A DNA stretch of 64,000 bases from Octopus vulgaris (GCA_951406725.2 OX597829.1:17732001-17796000); one strand, 5' to 3'; shown: positions 13,231 through 27,857, counted from the stretch's first letter. The notes: generated by a model not told the origin, from the sequence alone. Made by a program: numbers and translations.

Positions 13231-13800
13231 AAAATGTGTGAGGCCTTTCAACAGCAGTTTGCTCGACTGTTCGGGACGAGTGACGGGCAAGAACGTAGGG
13301 TGGACTTCAGGGCCTACCTACACAGCCTACCACGACTCTCGATAACAGAGGCAAGGCGCTGCGAAGGTGCCATCACGGCGGTGGAATTGCGGGACTCGAT
13401 GGCAGAATGCTCGAGGGACAAATTGCCGGGTTTGGATGGTGTACCCTACGAGCTTTATAGTTGTATGCCAGACTTGTTTGGAGACGTCTTGGCAGCGGTG
13501 TACTGCAACTAGCAGCAAAACGGGAGCATCCCTAGTTTTGTGAGCCGAGGAGCCGTAACACTGCTGAGGAAAGATCTAAACAAGAGGGATGTAATAGATA
13601 ACTTTAGGCCCATCACACTGCTCAATGCAGACTTGAACATTTTGGCCAAGGTGTTAGCCTAGAGGTTGACGCTTGTCATCGAGAAACTGGTCGACAAGGC
13701 TCAAATGTGCACCGTGCCGGGCCGGAGGATCCATGAAAACCTCCATCTGATGCGCTACATCATAGACAGGGTAGTTAAGGAACCTGGCATGGGTGGGGCG
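13231..13800 (+). mobile_element. L1/Tx1-clade LINE reverse transcriptase fragment
   Basis: Translation [97 protein letters not shown] covers the N-terminal RT motifs and contains 2 stops. Confidence 0.9.
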
Positions 13801-13849
13801 AACGCATTGTGACCAGCGATGTGTAAGAACATCTGATGGTCTGGTCGGT

Positions 13850-13856
<7 letters not shown>
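13801..13856 (+). mobile_element. 3' tail of SINE family C
   Basis: GCATTGTGACCAGCGATGTGT..AACATCTGATGGTCTGGTCGGTCACGTGA matches 47220-47272 and 61278-61340. Confidence 0.75.
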
Positions 13857-13902
<46 letters not shown>

Positions 13903-14380
13903 CACAGACATATATATACACAGACACATATATATACACACACACATACACACACACAAGGACATATGTGTGTACGTAAATATGTTCGTGTACTTATATG
14001 TATGTTTAAGTCTCTAAAAAAACGTATACACAATTTCTTAGTTTTTTTTCTTTGTTGTTTTTTTTTTTGTTTTTCACAATGGCGTTTGTACTAATTAAGT
14101 GGGATGTATACCATCAAAGATAACTAGAATCGTTCTTGATGTTTATTGAATAAACTCATTTACCATAAACACAACCTGTTTTCTCGCTGTGAATCATTAT
14201 CGTGTACCTCTTGACAGACTTCCATAAGCTTCAGTTATGTATTCAAAGAATAAGAAAATGACAAGAGTGAAATACAATCGCTGATCGCTTTGGCTTTCAT
14301 GGACTTTCGGGAAGTTCCTTTTTTATTAGCTATATTTATTTTATTTGATTTTGTTATATATTATTAGTTGTGTGTGCGTC

Positions 14381-14453
<73 letters not shown>

Positions 14454-15012
14454 CGAAAGTTGTTTAACTAAGAGCAGGAAGAAATATTACCTGGACATTT
14501 TTTACGCAGTGCACAAATTGAAACTGTCATTTCGAAAACAATATTTATATATCCACTCTTGTTTTTTTTTTGTGTGTTTTTTTTGGTTTATTTTTGTCTG
14601 TTTTCTTTTCTTTTGCTGTTTGCCTTTTTGTTTTTTTAGTTAACGCATACCAAAATTTTTTGACAAGGCTATTTTTCTCGGTGAAAGAAGAACATAAGTT
14701 ACGCAAAAGACTTCCCATGTTGCTCAGAGAAGACATCATTCTTTCCTCTGTCAAAGTTGAGGGGTCAAAGCCGGGATCACAAACCTGGCTTAGTGTTACC
14801 CTATCACCAATCAATTTACATTGTTACAAGCAGCTTACACACACACACACACTTAAACACACACTCACACACACACTCACACACACAATCGTATACGTGT
14901 GTGTGTGTGTGTGTGTGTGAGACTTGCATATATGTCTGCATTTGTGCGTGTGTGTATGTGTGTATAAATATACTTTGCAGCAACACCCATCATATGTGTG
15001 TGCTTTTGTGTA

Positions 15013-15054
<42 letters not shown>

Positions 15055-15057
<3 letters not shown>

Positions 15058-15247
15058 TCGCCATGATAGATCGTTAGCCACTACACACATTTTTTTCTCT
15101 CCTTGTTTTTTCTGTGTCCCTTTCTGTAGAAGAGCGTAGGCTCGAAACGTAAAAGACTTTTTCTATTCCTGAGCGTTATACTAATACATCTGATTGTTTT
15201 GTACACCACCTGTCTTCGTCTTTTTTTTTTCGTAAACTCTCCCTGTA
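15055..15247 (+). mobile_element. Penelope-like terminal repeat with a minimal hammerhead-like motif (copy 1 of 3)
   Basis: GCCATGATAGATCGTTAGCCACTACAC...CTTT-CTGTAGAA-GAGC-GTAG-GCTC-GAAAC-GTA-AAAG...ACACCAC...CTCCC then (TA)n. Homologous to 17304-17570 and 36731-36920. Confidence 0.7.
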
Positions 15248-15319
15248 TATGTGCATACATACACATGCCTGCATACATGCATACATACACGCATAGATAT
15301 AAAGATACGTGCATGCATA

Positions 15320-15721
15320 TATACATACATACATACATACATGCATACATACATACATACATACATACATACATACATACATACATACATACATACATAC
15401 ATACATACATACATACATACATACATGCATACATACATACATACATACATACATACATACATACATACATACATACATACATACATACATACATACATGC
15501 ATACATACATACATACATACATACATGCATACATACATACATACATACATACATGCATACATACATACATACATGCATACATACATACATACATACATAC
15601 ATACATACATGCATACATACATACATACATACATACATACATACATACATACATACATACATACATACATACATACATGCATACATACATACATACATGC
15701 ATACATACATACATACATACA

Positions 15722-15755
<34 letters not shown>

Positions 15756-15830
15756 CATACATACATTCATACATACGTACATACATACATGCATACATAC
15801 ATACATACATACATACTCACATACGTACAT
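15320..15830. repeat. (CATA)n tetranucleotide array
   Basis: Directly visible. Confidence 0.97.
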
Positions 15831-16148
15831 GCATAAACACGTTTGTGTGTGTTGTATACGTATGTGATAATGATTCTAATGTCTACATTATGTATCCGTG
15901 TCAAATCTGCTCCCACCACCAACACCACTACCACAATCATCCCACCCCACCCCACTAATACACATTGTATTCAACATAATTCTTCAGTGTTATCCCCGAT
16001 CAACATTACTTAAAATTCTACCATCACGTGTGTGTGTCAATGTGTATGTCTACCTGCCTGTGTAGATGAGTGTGTCTACATAAACATGTGTACATCCATA
16101 CATACATGCATGCATACATAGATAGATACATATATACATGCACATATA

Positions 16149-16201
<53 letters not shown>

Positions 16202-16205
<4 letters not shown>

Positions 16206-16440
16206 TCCGCTTTTAGATTTGGTTTGTAAGATTCTTTATGTGAGTTCGTGTGTTGAAGCATATTCTGATATTTTGTTGAGTCTGGGGAGAGTCATTCTCT
16301 TTTAATGCCTTATAATTTAACACACACGCACATAAAATTTCCACTCATTTCTTTCTTTATTTTTCTAAAATTTTTGTTGCGTCTTGAGTGTGTCAAACTA
16401 TAAGGCACTAAAAGAGAATGACTCTCCCCTGACACAACAG
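16202..16440. mobile_element. Foldback element between (TA)n tracts
   Basis: Inverted arms of about 52 bp at 16274-16325 and 16388-16439. A related single-arm copy lies at 42075-42168. Confidence 0.7.
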
Positions 16441-16553
<113 letters not shown>

Positions 16554-16744
16554 TTCTGGGTTCAGCCCTACTGTGTGGCACTCTGAGCAGGTGCTGTCTG
16601 CTATAGCACCCGTCTGACCAAAGCCTTGTGAGTGAAACTGAAAGAAGCCTGTCCTATATAATTTGTGTGTGCGCGTTTGTGTGTGTGTGTGTGTTTGAAT
16701 GCATATATATGTATATATATGTATATATATATATATATATATAC

Positions 16745-16813
<69 letters not shown>

Positions 16814-17303
16814 GTATGTGTGTGTATACATATACATATGTATATAAATACACAGAGACACACACAAACATACACATGGTGGTTGTCAACTGATAGACGA
16901 CTATGGCTATAATTGAATGTTAAAGACTAAGGCAGAGAGCAATGCCAGTGCCGAAATTTATTGTCAATAACAGCTTGCACAACACCGCTAATACTTTCAC
17001 CCACAAAGCCAAGAAGTCCAGAAACAAGAATAAGATTTCCAGTTTCGCAATAAAGCGGGTGTTATTTTGGAATTTCTTCACCCGAGTGAGATATCTCTAG
17101 TAAAGATTAGGGATATCTCACTCCCGGCTTTTGGATAGCCGTTGGCTTTACTGAGTTCAACCATTATTTAACAAGTTTTGTTTTTCATCCTGCAGAGTGT
17201 CCAAACTACCTCTTTATCTAGAAAGTTTGGCGGGATTGCCACTTTAGTCGCTGGTGGCCCGACCATGCTACAGCTGTACTGGTTTTCATGCTACCAGTAG
17301 CAC

Positions 17304-17570
17304 TGCCATGATAAATCGTTAGCCACTACACACTTTTTTCTCTCCTTGGTTTTTCTCTCCTTTTTTCTTTCTTTTTTTCTGTCCTTTTTCTCTCCGTTTT
17401 TCTCTCCTTGTTTCTCTCCTTGTTTTTTCTGTATCCCTTTCTGTAGAAGAGCGTAGGCTCGAAACGTAAAAGACTTTTTCTATTCCTGAGCGTTATACTA
17501 ATACATCTGTTTGTTTTGTAAACACCACATGCCTTTGTCTTTTGTTTTTTTCGTAAAGTCTCCCTATATA
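17304..17570 (+). mobile_element. Penelope-like terminal repeat with a hammerhead-like motif (copy 2)
   Basis: Near-identical to 15055-15247; motif at 17437-17472. Confidence 0.7.
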
Positions 17571-17859
17571 CAAATATTATATTATGTTTTATATATAACG
17601 AGTTTCGTACAGTCCCCTTCAACCGAATTTAGAATATGGAATAGTCAATGGGATGTTTCAGAGAGGCTTGTTTAGTGGGCTATGCAACTGTAACGAATCG
17701 CAATTGTAAACGGCTTAACCATGAGGGCTCCTGTAAACATTTCTGAGATCTATTTCACATTGCTTCGTAAAATGCAATATCTGTCGTAAATCAAATATAT
17801 GCCTGTATTTGTTTCCATTGTCTATGCGTCTGTGTCTCTTACTCTCTCACTATATCAAT

Positions 17860-18012
<153 letters not shown>

Positions 18013-18827
18013 CTGCGTAGGTATAAGTGAATTTTCGTTTTCGTTCGCGTGTCAGTTGCCACAGAATAGCAAAAAAGAAACAGAAAATTCCCTGACATAT
18101 TAATGGACATGAAGTAAAAATAACTATATTTATGTGAGAATAATTTTAATTTATATTTATGGCTGTTTTCAATGGGTATTTTATGTGCTACGAAATAATG
18201 TTAAGTTCTTCCGTTAGATGTTGCTGCTAAGCTTCCATCCTAGGGGGCTATTACAGGAAGATATGACACATCTTGCCAACAGATGAAGGACGAGTTCTTA
18301 TTTGAAAATATTGAAAACGGAATCACGCATCAGAATCAAGGAATTTTGTCATTTATGTGGCGTATGTTTACTTCTTTCATAATTTATAATATAAGTATAT
18401 ACAGAAAATCTATGTTTGTTTTTTTTTTATACAAAAGTAATATTCTGCTTGTTTTGTTGCCCGGAATATATCTACAATGAATTTGTTAATTTAATCATAA
18501 TGTACAGCTAAAAAACAAAATCCACTTACAAACACACAAACGAAGTAAACAAAAAACAAAAGAAATAAAAAAAGATGAGAAAGAAAAAAAAAATGGTGGT
18601 TGAAATAGCGGAAACTTTGAGACAGCAGTGATGCTTTATTGTCAAGTCTACTTGATATTTTGAGTCTCCCTCGGCCCTTCAATCCTAACGAGCCAAGACT
18701 TTATGTTAATGTTATCGTATATTTAAAATGCCTCGGGTTTTTATGCCGCTGATTATGCGAGAGGTGAAACGTATGACTATGTTGTAAGAAAACAATATTC
18801 CGTTCGTAATAGTTAGTTGAGTGTTTA

Positions 18828-18927
<100 letters not shown>

Positions 18928-19064
18928 CGTGTGTTGTGGGGGAGGGGTTCGTGTTTGTTTGTATGCGTGCGTGTGTGGATTACAACGACCATCCGGTCTA
19001 GATTCCACTATAAACATTATTACATATTTAAGAAGAAATTTCCGGTTACAGACAGGTGTAACTG

Positions 19065-19388
19065 TGTGGCGAGGAGGGCTCACTTTGCAACCAAGTGGTT
19101 TTGGGTTCAGTCCCACATCACCGTACTTTGGGCTAGAAAATAATACTATATAAACCTGCGTCGACCAATGCCTTTTTAACGAATATGTTAGTCGGAAACC
19201 CGCTGTATGTGTGTGTATGTGTGTCACACCAATTAACAATCGATGTTGACCTAGCAGTTCGACAACAGATCGTAGAATAACTAAGAGACTTAAATAATAA
19301 ACACTGAGGTCGAATTGTTCTACTAAACACTTCAAGGCGCTGCTCCAGTATGGCTGTAGTCTAATGAACGAAACAAGCAGTAGATAAA
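19065..19388 (+). mobile_element. SINE family A, old diverged copy
   Basis: GGGTTCAGTCCCAC...GCAGTTCGACAA..TAGAATAA...GGCGCTGCTCCAGTATGGCTGTAGTC. Confidence 0.7.
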
Positions 19389-19571
19389 TAATTATTTTTT
19401 ATATAACTTCTTTTATTCTTTTGATAAGTGTAATTCGTCTCCTAAAGGGTGATATTTGAACACCCTGCAGAATGTAGAACATCGCTTGAAAGGACAAGCT
19501 CGTGAAAGTCGGTGTATGTATGCATGTATGTGTGTATGTATGTATGCATGCATGTATGTATATCGCTTCTA

Positions 19572-19955
19572 TTTTTTTTTTTATAAATCTTCCTCAGAGG
19601 AGGGAGCCGGTTTCCAACAAAGATACAAGGCTCCATCTTTGGGATGTAGTTAACCCAGACAAATTAACATTTGGAACTTGAGAAAAGTCTTGCATATTTT
19701 AAATGTTCCACTCATAGATTGCACTTGTAATGTACGAACCAGCCGGTCGATTTCTCTTTGTGAAAACCCCAGTTTATCCAGATTCTCCTTTAAGCACTTA
19801 CTAAGAAAACCTAATGCTCCAATTATTATTGGCATGAACATAAATTAATAGACTGGATATAGAAGCTGGGGGTTTCGAAGCAGTTGTCTATAGATATCCT
19901 CTTTTTCATTGATTTTCAAGCAGATATTTATATCTGCAGGGTAGCTGACCTCTTT
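19572..19955 (-). mobile_element. Non-LTR retrotransposon 3' end with restriction-like endonuclease C-terminus (R4/Dong/NeSL-type) and poly(A) tail
   Basis: Translation EVSYPADINICLKINEKEDIYRQLL..LLYPVY*FMFMPIIIGALGFLSKCLKENLDKLGF..LQVQSMSGTFKICKTFL shows the E...K...Y and PIIIGALG motifs. A short UTR is followed by an A-tail (T-run at 19573-19582). Confidence 0.8.
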
Positions 19956-20126
19956 GATGGTACATACCTTTGTTTGTATGTATGTATGTATGTATGTATG
20001 TATGTATGTATGTATGTATGTATGTATGTATGTATGTATGTCTGTCTGTCTGTCTGTATGTATGTATGTATGTGTGTATGTATGTATGTATGTATGTATG
20101 TATGTATGTATGCATGTATGTATGTC

Positions 20127-20426
20127 TGGGACCCCCTTCGGTCATGACTGACCATGGGATTGCACCTAGAAAGTTACCCTCCCAGGCTCAAGTTCAGGCA
20201 AGATTGTTATGTAAATCCAGCAGTCACCCATGCATACCAGCCTCCCCTTTCCACACCACTGATGTTGTCCAAGGGAAAAGCAGAGGGGCCGAGACAGCTT
20301 GGGACCAGTGACGTCGCAACTCATTTCTACAGATGAGTGAACTGGAGCAACGTGAAATAACGTGTCTTGCTGAAGAACACAACACGCAGCCGGTCCGGGA
20401 TTCGAGCTCACAACCTCACGATCATG
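20127..20426 (-). mobile_element. tRNA-like SINE with V-like core and RTE-like 3' region
   Basis: Reverse complement gives GTGAGCTCGAATCCC (box B)...GTTGTGTTCTTCAGCAAGACACGTTATTTC..CTCCAGTTCACTCA...AACTTTCTAGGTGCAATCCCATGGTCAGTCATGACC. Confidence 0.7.
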
Positions 20427-20721
20427 CCCTGATTTCTGCAGCGTTGCATATTTGGCGCTTACCTTCTTACATAATCACGGGTCAACACAAGATTTGTGAA
20501 ATTGAATAGATGGAAATTGTGGGGAAGTCCAAACGGTGGACTGTATATGCACCTCTTTATTGGTAGTACTTTGTTTGACACCACATTCTTATTCTTGGTA
20601 TACTTAGAAGATTAAACTTTATCGCAAGCATCCGAACTAGTTCTTTGAGCCTTGTACACAGGAACAGGAGGGTACATTGCATTCTTTTATTAATACACAC
20701 ACACACACATACACAAATACT

Positions 20722-20954
20722 TATTTCTTTACTACCTACAAGGGGCTAAACACAGAGAGGACAAACAAGGACAGACAAACGGATTAAGTCGATTATATCG
20801 ACCCCAGTGCGTAACTGGTACTTATTTAATCGACCCCGAAAGGATGAAAGGCAAAGTCGACCTCGGCGGAATTTGAACTCGGAACGTAGCGGCAGAAGAA
20901 ATACCGCAAAGCAATTCGTCCGGCCTGCAAACGATTCTGCCAGCTCGCCGCCTT
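20722..20954 (-). mobile_element. SINE family B, full length with 16-bp TSD
   Basis: TSD CACA(T/A)ACACAAATACT at 20706-20721 and 20955-20970; head GGCGGCGAGCTGGCAGAATCG. Confidence 0.92.
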
Positions 20955-21728
20955 CACAAACACAAATACTGAAAAAAAATCTATTATTCATTGTAGGTTA
21001 ATGGAAATATTAATAAAATTTAAAGCCCCATGAGACCCTACTAGTTTTCCCAGTCGTTGTCAACCTTTCTGGTCCCCTTTTTTTTGTATCGAGATATAAA
21101 TAGAATGAATGGTGCAGTTGACCATTACTACAATTGAACTCGGATCGCTAATACAGCTGCGATTATTATTACCAAATCTGCTAGTTCACACTACAATACA
21201 AATACGCCCATGCACAGCTTCACACGTTCATACACATGAATGTATGTGTGTGTGTGTGTGTGTGTATGTGTGTGTGGATCTTCATCCAAATATATGTGAA
21301 GGACAACAACCACAGCAAACGATGCAATGACAAAACGTACGCAGGAAACTAATGGTATAAACTACATCTTGGATTTACAATGCATTTCCTATATATACAT
21401 ACATACATACATACATACGTATATACATACATACATATATACATACATACATACATGCATACATACATACATGCATGCATGCATACATACATACATACAT
21501 GCATACATACATACATACATACACACACACATACACACATACATACATACATACATACATCACACACACACATACATACATACATACATACATACATACA
21601 TACATACATACATACACACACACATACACACACACATACATACATACATACATGCATACATACATACACACTCACACGCACACATACATACATACATACA
21701 TACATACATACATACATACATGCATACA

Positions 21729-22477
21729 TACGAGTTAGTATGAAAGGGTTCCCGAGCTTGGTATGTTTAATGAAAATAACTGATTTACCTACGTTTTAAC
21801 ATAATCTCCTTCGAAATAGTCACCTTGCGCAGAAATACACCGGTCCTAGCGTCCTGCCACTTCTGGAATCCGGCTTGGAAGTCGTTTTCCGTTAGAGAGT
21901 CAAGTACCTTCTGCGATTCGCTCTGGATCTTGACAACTGCGTTAAAACGCCAACCTTTCATCTGCATTTTAATATTTGGGAAGAGATGGAAGTCCGCAAG
22001 TAGAACTTTCGATTGGCGATGTGACGGTGAATGGAGGAATTCTCATTACACAATGCCACATTTCCGGCGGGGGGGGGTTTGACTCTCATGAAGGTCTTCT
22101 ATATCGCTCAACCTCTCCATAGGACGTTGTCCCCGCTTTTGAAGCGCTTGTGCCATTCGAAACTTTGCGTACAACCCATTGCCTCGTCGCCATGACCTTG
22201 TCGGAGCATGCTCAATGTCTTTGTAGCAGACGTCTCAGGTTTAACGCCAAATATCACGTTGGCTCTTTGTTCCTGTCCGTCACAAAATTACAGACCACAA
22301 CATACGCGTGATCACAAAAGCACAAATTTCATAACCTGTGAAGCAAACAAAGTGACGTCACTCGGCACACTGTCTCATGAAGGTCGCTGCTAGCTCTCAC
22401 GGCGTACTGGCAACTATGTGCTGCCACCTGTTGATATGCCGCAGAACCAATCCGAAAACTTTTTGAATACTTTCGTA
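21729..22477 (-). mobile_element. Tc1/mariner transposon, internally deleted
   Basis: N-terminal EQRANVIFGVKPETSATKTLSMLRQ.HGDEAMGCTQSFEWHKRFKSG and C-terminal KMQMKGWRF..VKIQSESQKVLDSLTENDFQAGFQKW..RCISAQGDYFEGD. Diverged TIRs starting TACGA at both ends; TA target. Confidence 0.88.
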
Positions 22478-22563
22478 TTCGTATGCATCTATATACATAT
22501 ATTGATTGTGTAGTGTATGAATGCCCATACATTTAGTCTTTATAAATAAGCGTATATTATATG

Positions 22564-22625
<62 letters not shown>

Positions 22626-22647
<22 letters not shown>

Positions 22648-22797
22648 GGAGTAAACACATAAATGTGAAACAAGGTGGAAAAAAGAGTACTCAAATACCA
22701 GTGGTAGAGTAATATGCTTTATTTAAAAGCAGCAGAAAATTCAACAAAACCTGTTACTCTGAGTTTCACTTCCCGTTCGTCGGACAGTTTTTGCTAG
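22626..22797 (-). mobile_element. Penelope-like terminal fragment between (TA)n tracts with a decayed minimal hammerhead
   Basis: Minus strand 22787-22757 reads CTGT-CCGACGA-ACGGGAAGT-GAAA-CTC-AGAG. Confidence 0.55.
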
Positions 22798-23046
22798 AAT
22801 ATATATATATATATATAGTACAAAGTAAGATAGGGGTTATGAGTGTAACCCACTATGGGATAGCATTTATCCAATATACTGACTTTTATAATTTGCATTC
22901 TTATCTTATATCTTATATGTATTGAATTATAGGATATATTGTATGCTTTTGATGTTCTCTTTTTGTTAAATGAATAAATAATCCAACATTCTAATATCCG
23001 AAAGTTGATGAACAAACTAAATTTGTTTCTCCATTTTCTTTATTTG

Positions 23047-23138
<92 letters not shown>

Positions 23139-23169
23139 TATATGTATATATATAAGTTTTTTTTCTAAG

Positions 23170-23247
<78 letters not shown>

Positions 23248-23538
23248 CAGATATGCACTCACACAGTCACACACATGCGCACAGACAAACAGAGACTGTT
23301 TGATGATCCCCGTGTTTATCCACGTCTACAAAACATTCAGAGAAATGTTGCTGAGTCATTGTCTGAATAAATACAGACATGCTAACTCAGTATGTGACGG
23401 GTAATAATTTCTTTCCGTTATATATACACACATATATGCCAACATATATACATACATATATATAAAAATATATACACACATTAATATTTACACACACATA
23501 TGCACACTCGTATATATATATATATATGAACATATTTT

Positions 23539-23591
<53 letters not shown>

Positions 23592-24100
23592 AATGTATAT
23601 ATATATGGTTTGTATTTTTTATATTCTGTGTCTTTACGTACGTGTAACGCATGTGGTTATGTGCATATCTGTACCTTCATATCAACATGCATAAATATCT
23701 GCTGCACAGACATGTATCGCACATTTCATTAAATACGCTTCAACTCAGCAGGAATTATTTTATTAATTACGTAAGCGATCTCTTTTCCACTCAGCCATCA
23801 CTTATACTATACCTTCTCTAACTCTCTCTCTTTCTCTCACCGTGTCTCTAAAGCTGTGTACATATCTCTCCATCTTTCTCTTTTCTTCCTTCTTCGGTAT
23901 TATTATTATTATTATTATTAAATGTTCTTCATATTTCAAAACTTGCATATTGAATCTAATTTTAAACTGGCCTGCAGCTGTTGAATTAGCGACAATTTAT
24001 AGACACTTAATATTATTGCAAAGAAATTGCTCTTGCTAGTTTAGTCGAAAAATCCACAATATGAGTCAAACTGTATATAGACAAGACTAGTCACGTATGT

Positions 24101-24360
24101 GTGAAAGCTCGTGGCCTAGTGGTTACGATATTTGGCGCAAGATCATAAGTTCACGGGTTCGATTCTTGGCGGCGGGTTGTTTCCTTCAGCGAGAAACTTT
24201 ATTTCGCATTTCTCCAGTCCATTCAGCTGGTAAAACTTACTGAATTTCAAAAGGGTAGTCTTGTCACATTCTGTGTTACTCTGAACACCTCGGGGAAATT
24301 ACGTTAAGGGTACGAGCGTCTATAGAGTGCTCAACCTCTTGCGTCTCAATTTCACGAGCA
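24101..24360 (+). mobile_element. SINE family D
   Basis: Box A TGGCCTAGTGG and box B GGTTCGATTC; homologous to 8541-8815. Confidence 0.78.
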
Positions 24361-24824
24361 AATACAAACATCAATATAAGAATATTTCAGACATGAATAG
24401 TCTGGGTGGGGGGGGGGTCCTTACCGATGGAAGGGCAAGGAATATGTGATATGGATATGTGAATAGTGTTTTATTTTAATATCTCTGAGATACATATCTA
24501 ATTAACGAGTAGTTTTCTGTGAGGGAGAAATAGATGAAGAAGTGTTTAGTTGAAGGGTAAACAAATGATAAACAAAAGCCAATGGGTTCCATCGTAATTA
24601 AGTATCCTGTTATTCTATTATCAATGATGAGATGCCACGCTAAAACATATACTAGAATGATATTTATGGAGTGTTATTATGTTGTTGGTAGGTCTGAGTA
24701 ATAATTACAAGTTTACTAGTAAAAATCCGAAAGCACAAGTGTTAATGTGGACGTGTCTGGGTTAAAATATTTTTTAGGCTTGTATATATACACACACACA
24801 TACATACACATACATATAAATGGA

Positions 24825-24885
<61 letters not shown>

Positions 24886-24903
24886 CATATATATTCTTTC
24901 CAA

Positions 24904-25110
24904 CTTTTACTTTTTTCAGCCATTTGAATGTGATCATTCAAGAGCACCGCCTTGAAGGGTTTTAGTCGAAGACATCGACCCCAGGACTTATTTTTTGTAA
25001 ACCTAGTCATATTATATCGCCCTGTTTTGTCGGATCGCTACGTTGCGGGCACGCAAACACTCCAACAACAGTTGTCAAGCAATGGCGAGAGAATGTTCAC
25101 AGGCACAATG

Positions 25111-25187
<77 letters not shown>

Positions 25188-25268
25188 AGGCTTCTTTTAG
25201 TTTCTGTCTACCAAATCCATTCACAAGGCTTTGGTCGGCCCAAGGATATAGCAGAAAACACTTGTCCA
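24904..25268 (-). mobile_element. SINE family A, 5'-truncated and diverged
   Basis: Reverse complement of the family A tail, microsatellite and body. Confidence 0.78.
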
Positions 25269-25281
25269 TTGAAATACATGA

Positions 25282-25430
25282 GTGTATGTACGTGTATGTA
25301 TGTATGTATGAATGTATGTATGTATGTATGTATGTATGTATGTATGTATGTATGTATGTATGTATGTATGTATGTATGTATGTATGTATGTATGTATGTA
25401 TGTATGTATGTATGTATGTATGTATGTATG

Positions 25431-25464
<34 letters not shown>

Positions 25465-25478
25465 TGTATGTATGTATG

Positions 25479-25512
<34 letters not shown>

Positions 25513-25580
25513 TGTATGTATGTATGTATGTATGTATGTATGTATGTATGTATGTATGTATGTATGTATATATGTATATA
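25282..25580. repeat. (TATG)n array
   Basis: Directly visible. Confidence 0.97.
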
Positions 25581-25581
25581 T

Positions 25582-25789
25582 TGTAAAATAGTATGTGGCA
25601 ATTATTCAATAGCCATGATAAAACTCTGAGTTTCGGATGCCGAGGTGGAAATCCACAACACCATCTCTTCCGAAACTCAAGGTTTTATCTTGGCTATTGA
25701 ATAATTGCCACATATTATTTTACAGGTAAATTTTCTCTATTTACATATATTGAGGTCTCTTTCTTTCTTTTGTTATCTTACCGTCTTTA

Positions 25790-25795
<6 letters not shown>
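25582..25795. mobile_element. Foldback Penelope-like terminal element
   Basis: 56-bp inverted arms at 25582-25637 and 25669-25724, then about 70 bp of unique sequence and (TA)n. Confidence 0.75.
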
Positions 25796-25846
<51 letters not shown>

Positions 25847-26299
25847 AGATGTACTTGCATAGCAAGTGACCTGATCTGAGATCGTGTGCTGAAACAGATG
25901 TAGCATGGAATTTTGTCAATGAACAAGTCGCGGTCTCAAAGCGACGAAAATATTTTAGCAAATTAAATTTAAATGTTGAAGTGAATCTAACAGTGTTTGT
26001 GTGTTTAAAAATGGCTGAAATTATATATATATGTATGTATGTAAGTATGTATGTATATATAAATCGCAATTAAAGATAGACAGACAGACGAACTAACTGA
26101 CGGGTGTGTGGATTGATGAATAAAAAATGAAATGATAGGTAGATGGATATGTAATGTAAATATTCATGCACTATTATTGTGTGAGAGAGCAGTACATGCA
26201 ACCAAAGTGACACTGGGGTAAAATATACGAAGCCATGTATACGTATCATGACTACCCGTCTGATAAGGGTACACCAGGTACATGCATCACAACCATATA

Positions 26300-27270
<971 letters not shown>

Positions 27271-27638
27271 CCGTTCCCGTTTGATCATGGAAGATCATCA
27301 CTGAGTATTGTCCGGGCAAAATCCGTACATGTGATTATTACATCAACAGTTGATTTCAATTGGATTCACATCCGCGACTGCGATGCTCGCTGCGCTACTC
27401 TCTTGAGGACTGGGTAGTTAACACACTGGTGATTGCACAAGCTAAAAATTCAAGCCCAATAAATACTTGCACAGCACCTCCAAGACTCTCTCCAACCTAC
27501 TGACATTATCCAGAGACAAGATATCCAGTGTCAATATGGGGCCGTAGGCTGAGGAATATAGAACTGCAATGATCTAAAATACCAGCAAATGCTCCCCAAA
27601 ATGTTCAACGTTATCCCCTACATATTTGGTTTCATATC

Positions 27639-27857
27639 TATTTCTTTACTACCCACAGAGTGGACAAACAAGGAGAGACAAAGGGATTAAGTCGATTACA
27701 TCGACCCCAGTGTGTAACTGGTACTTATTTAATCGACCCGAAAGGATGAAAGGCAAAGACGGCCTCGGCGGAATTTGAACTCAGAACGTAACGGCAGACG
27801 AAATACGGCTACGCATTTCGCCCGGCGTGCTAACGTTTCTGCCAGCTCACCTCCTTA
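27639..27857 (-). mobile_element. SINE family B with 15-bp TSD
   Basis: TSD AT(T/C)TGGTTT(C/T)ATATC at 27624-27638 and 27858-27872. Confidence 0.9.

Noticed and set aside
15081-15958. ORFs of 175-250 aa made of MYVC/HTYI repeats (also about 21330-21800 and 25040-25630, and all YIYI/CVCV ORFs)
   Set aside because: Translations of (CATA)n, (TA)n and (CA)n microsatellites.
20130-20240. HDV-like ribozyme in the RTE-like SINE region
   Set aside because: I could not assemble the nested double pseudoknot (P1, P1.1, P2, P3) from this copy.
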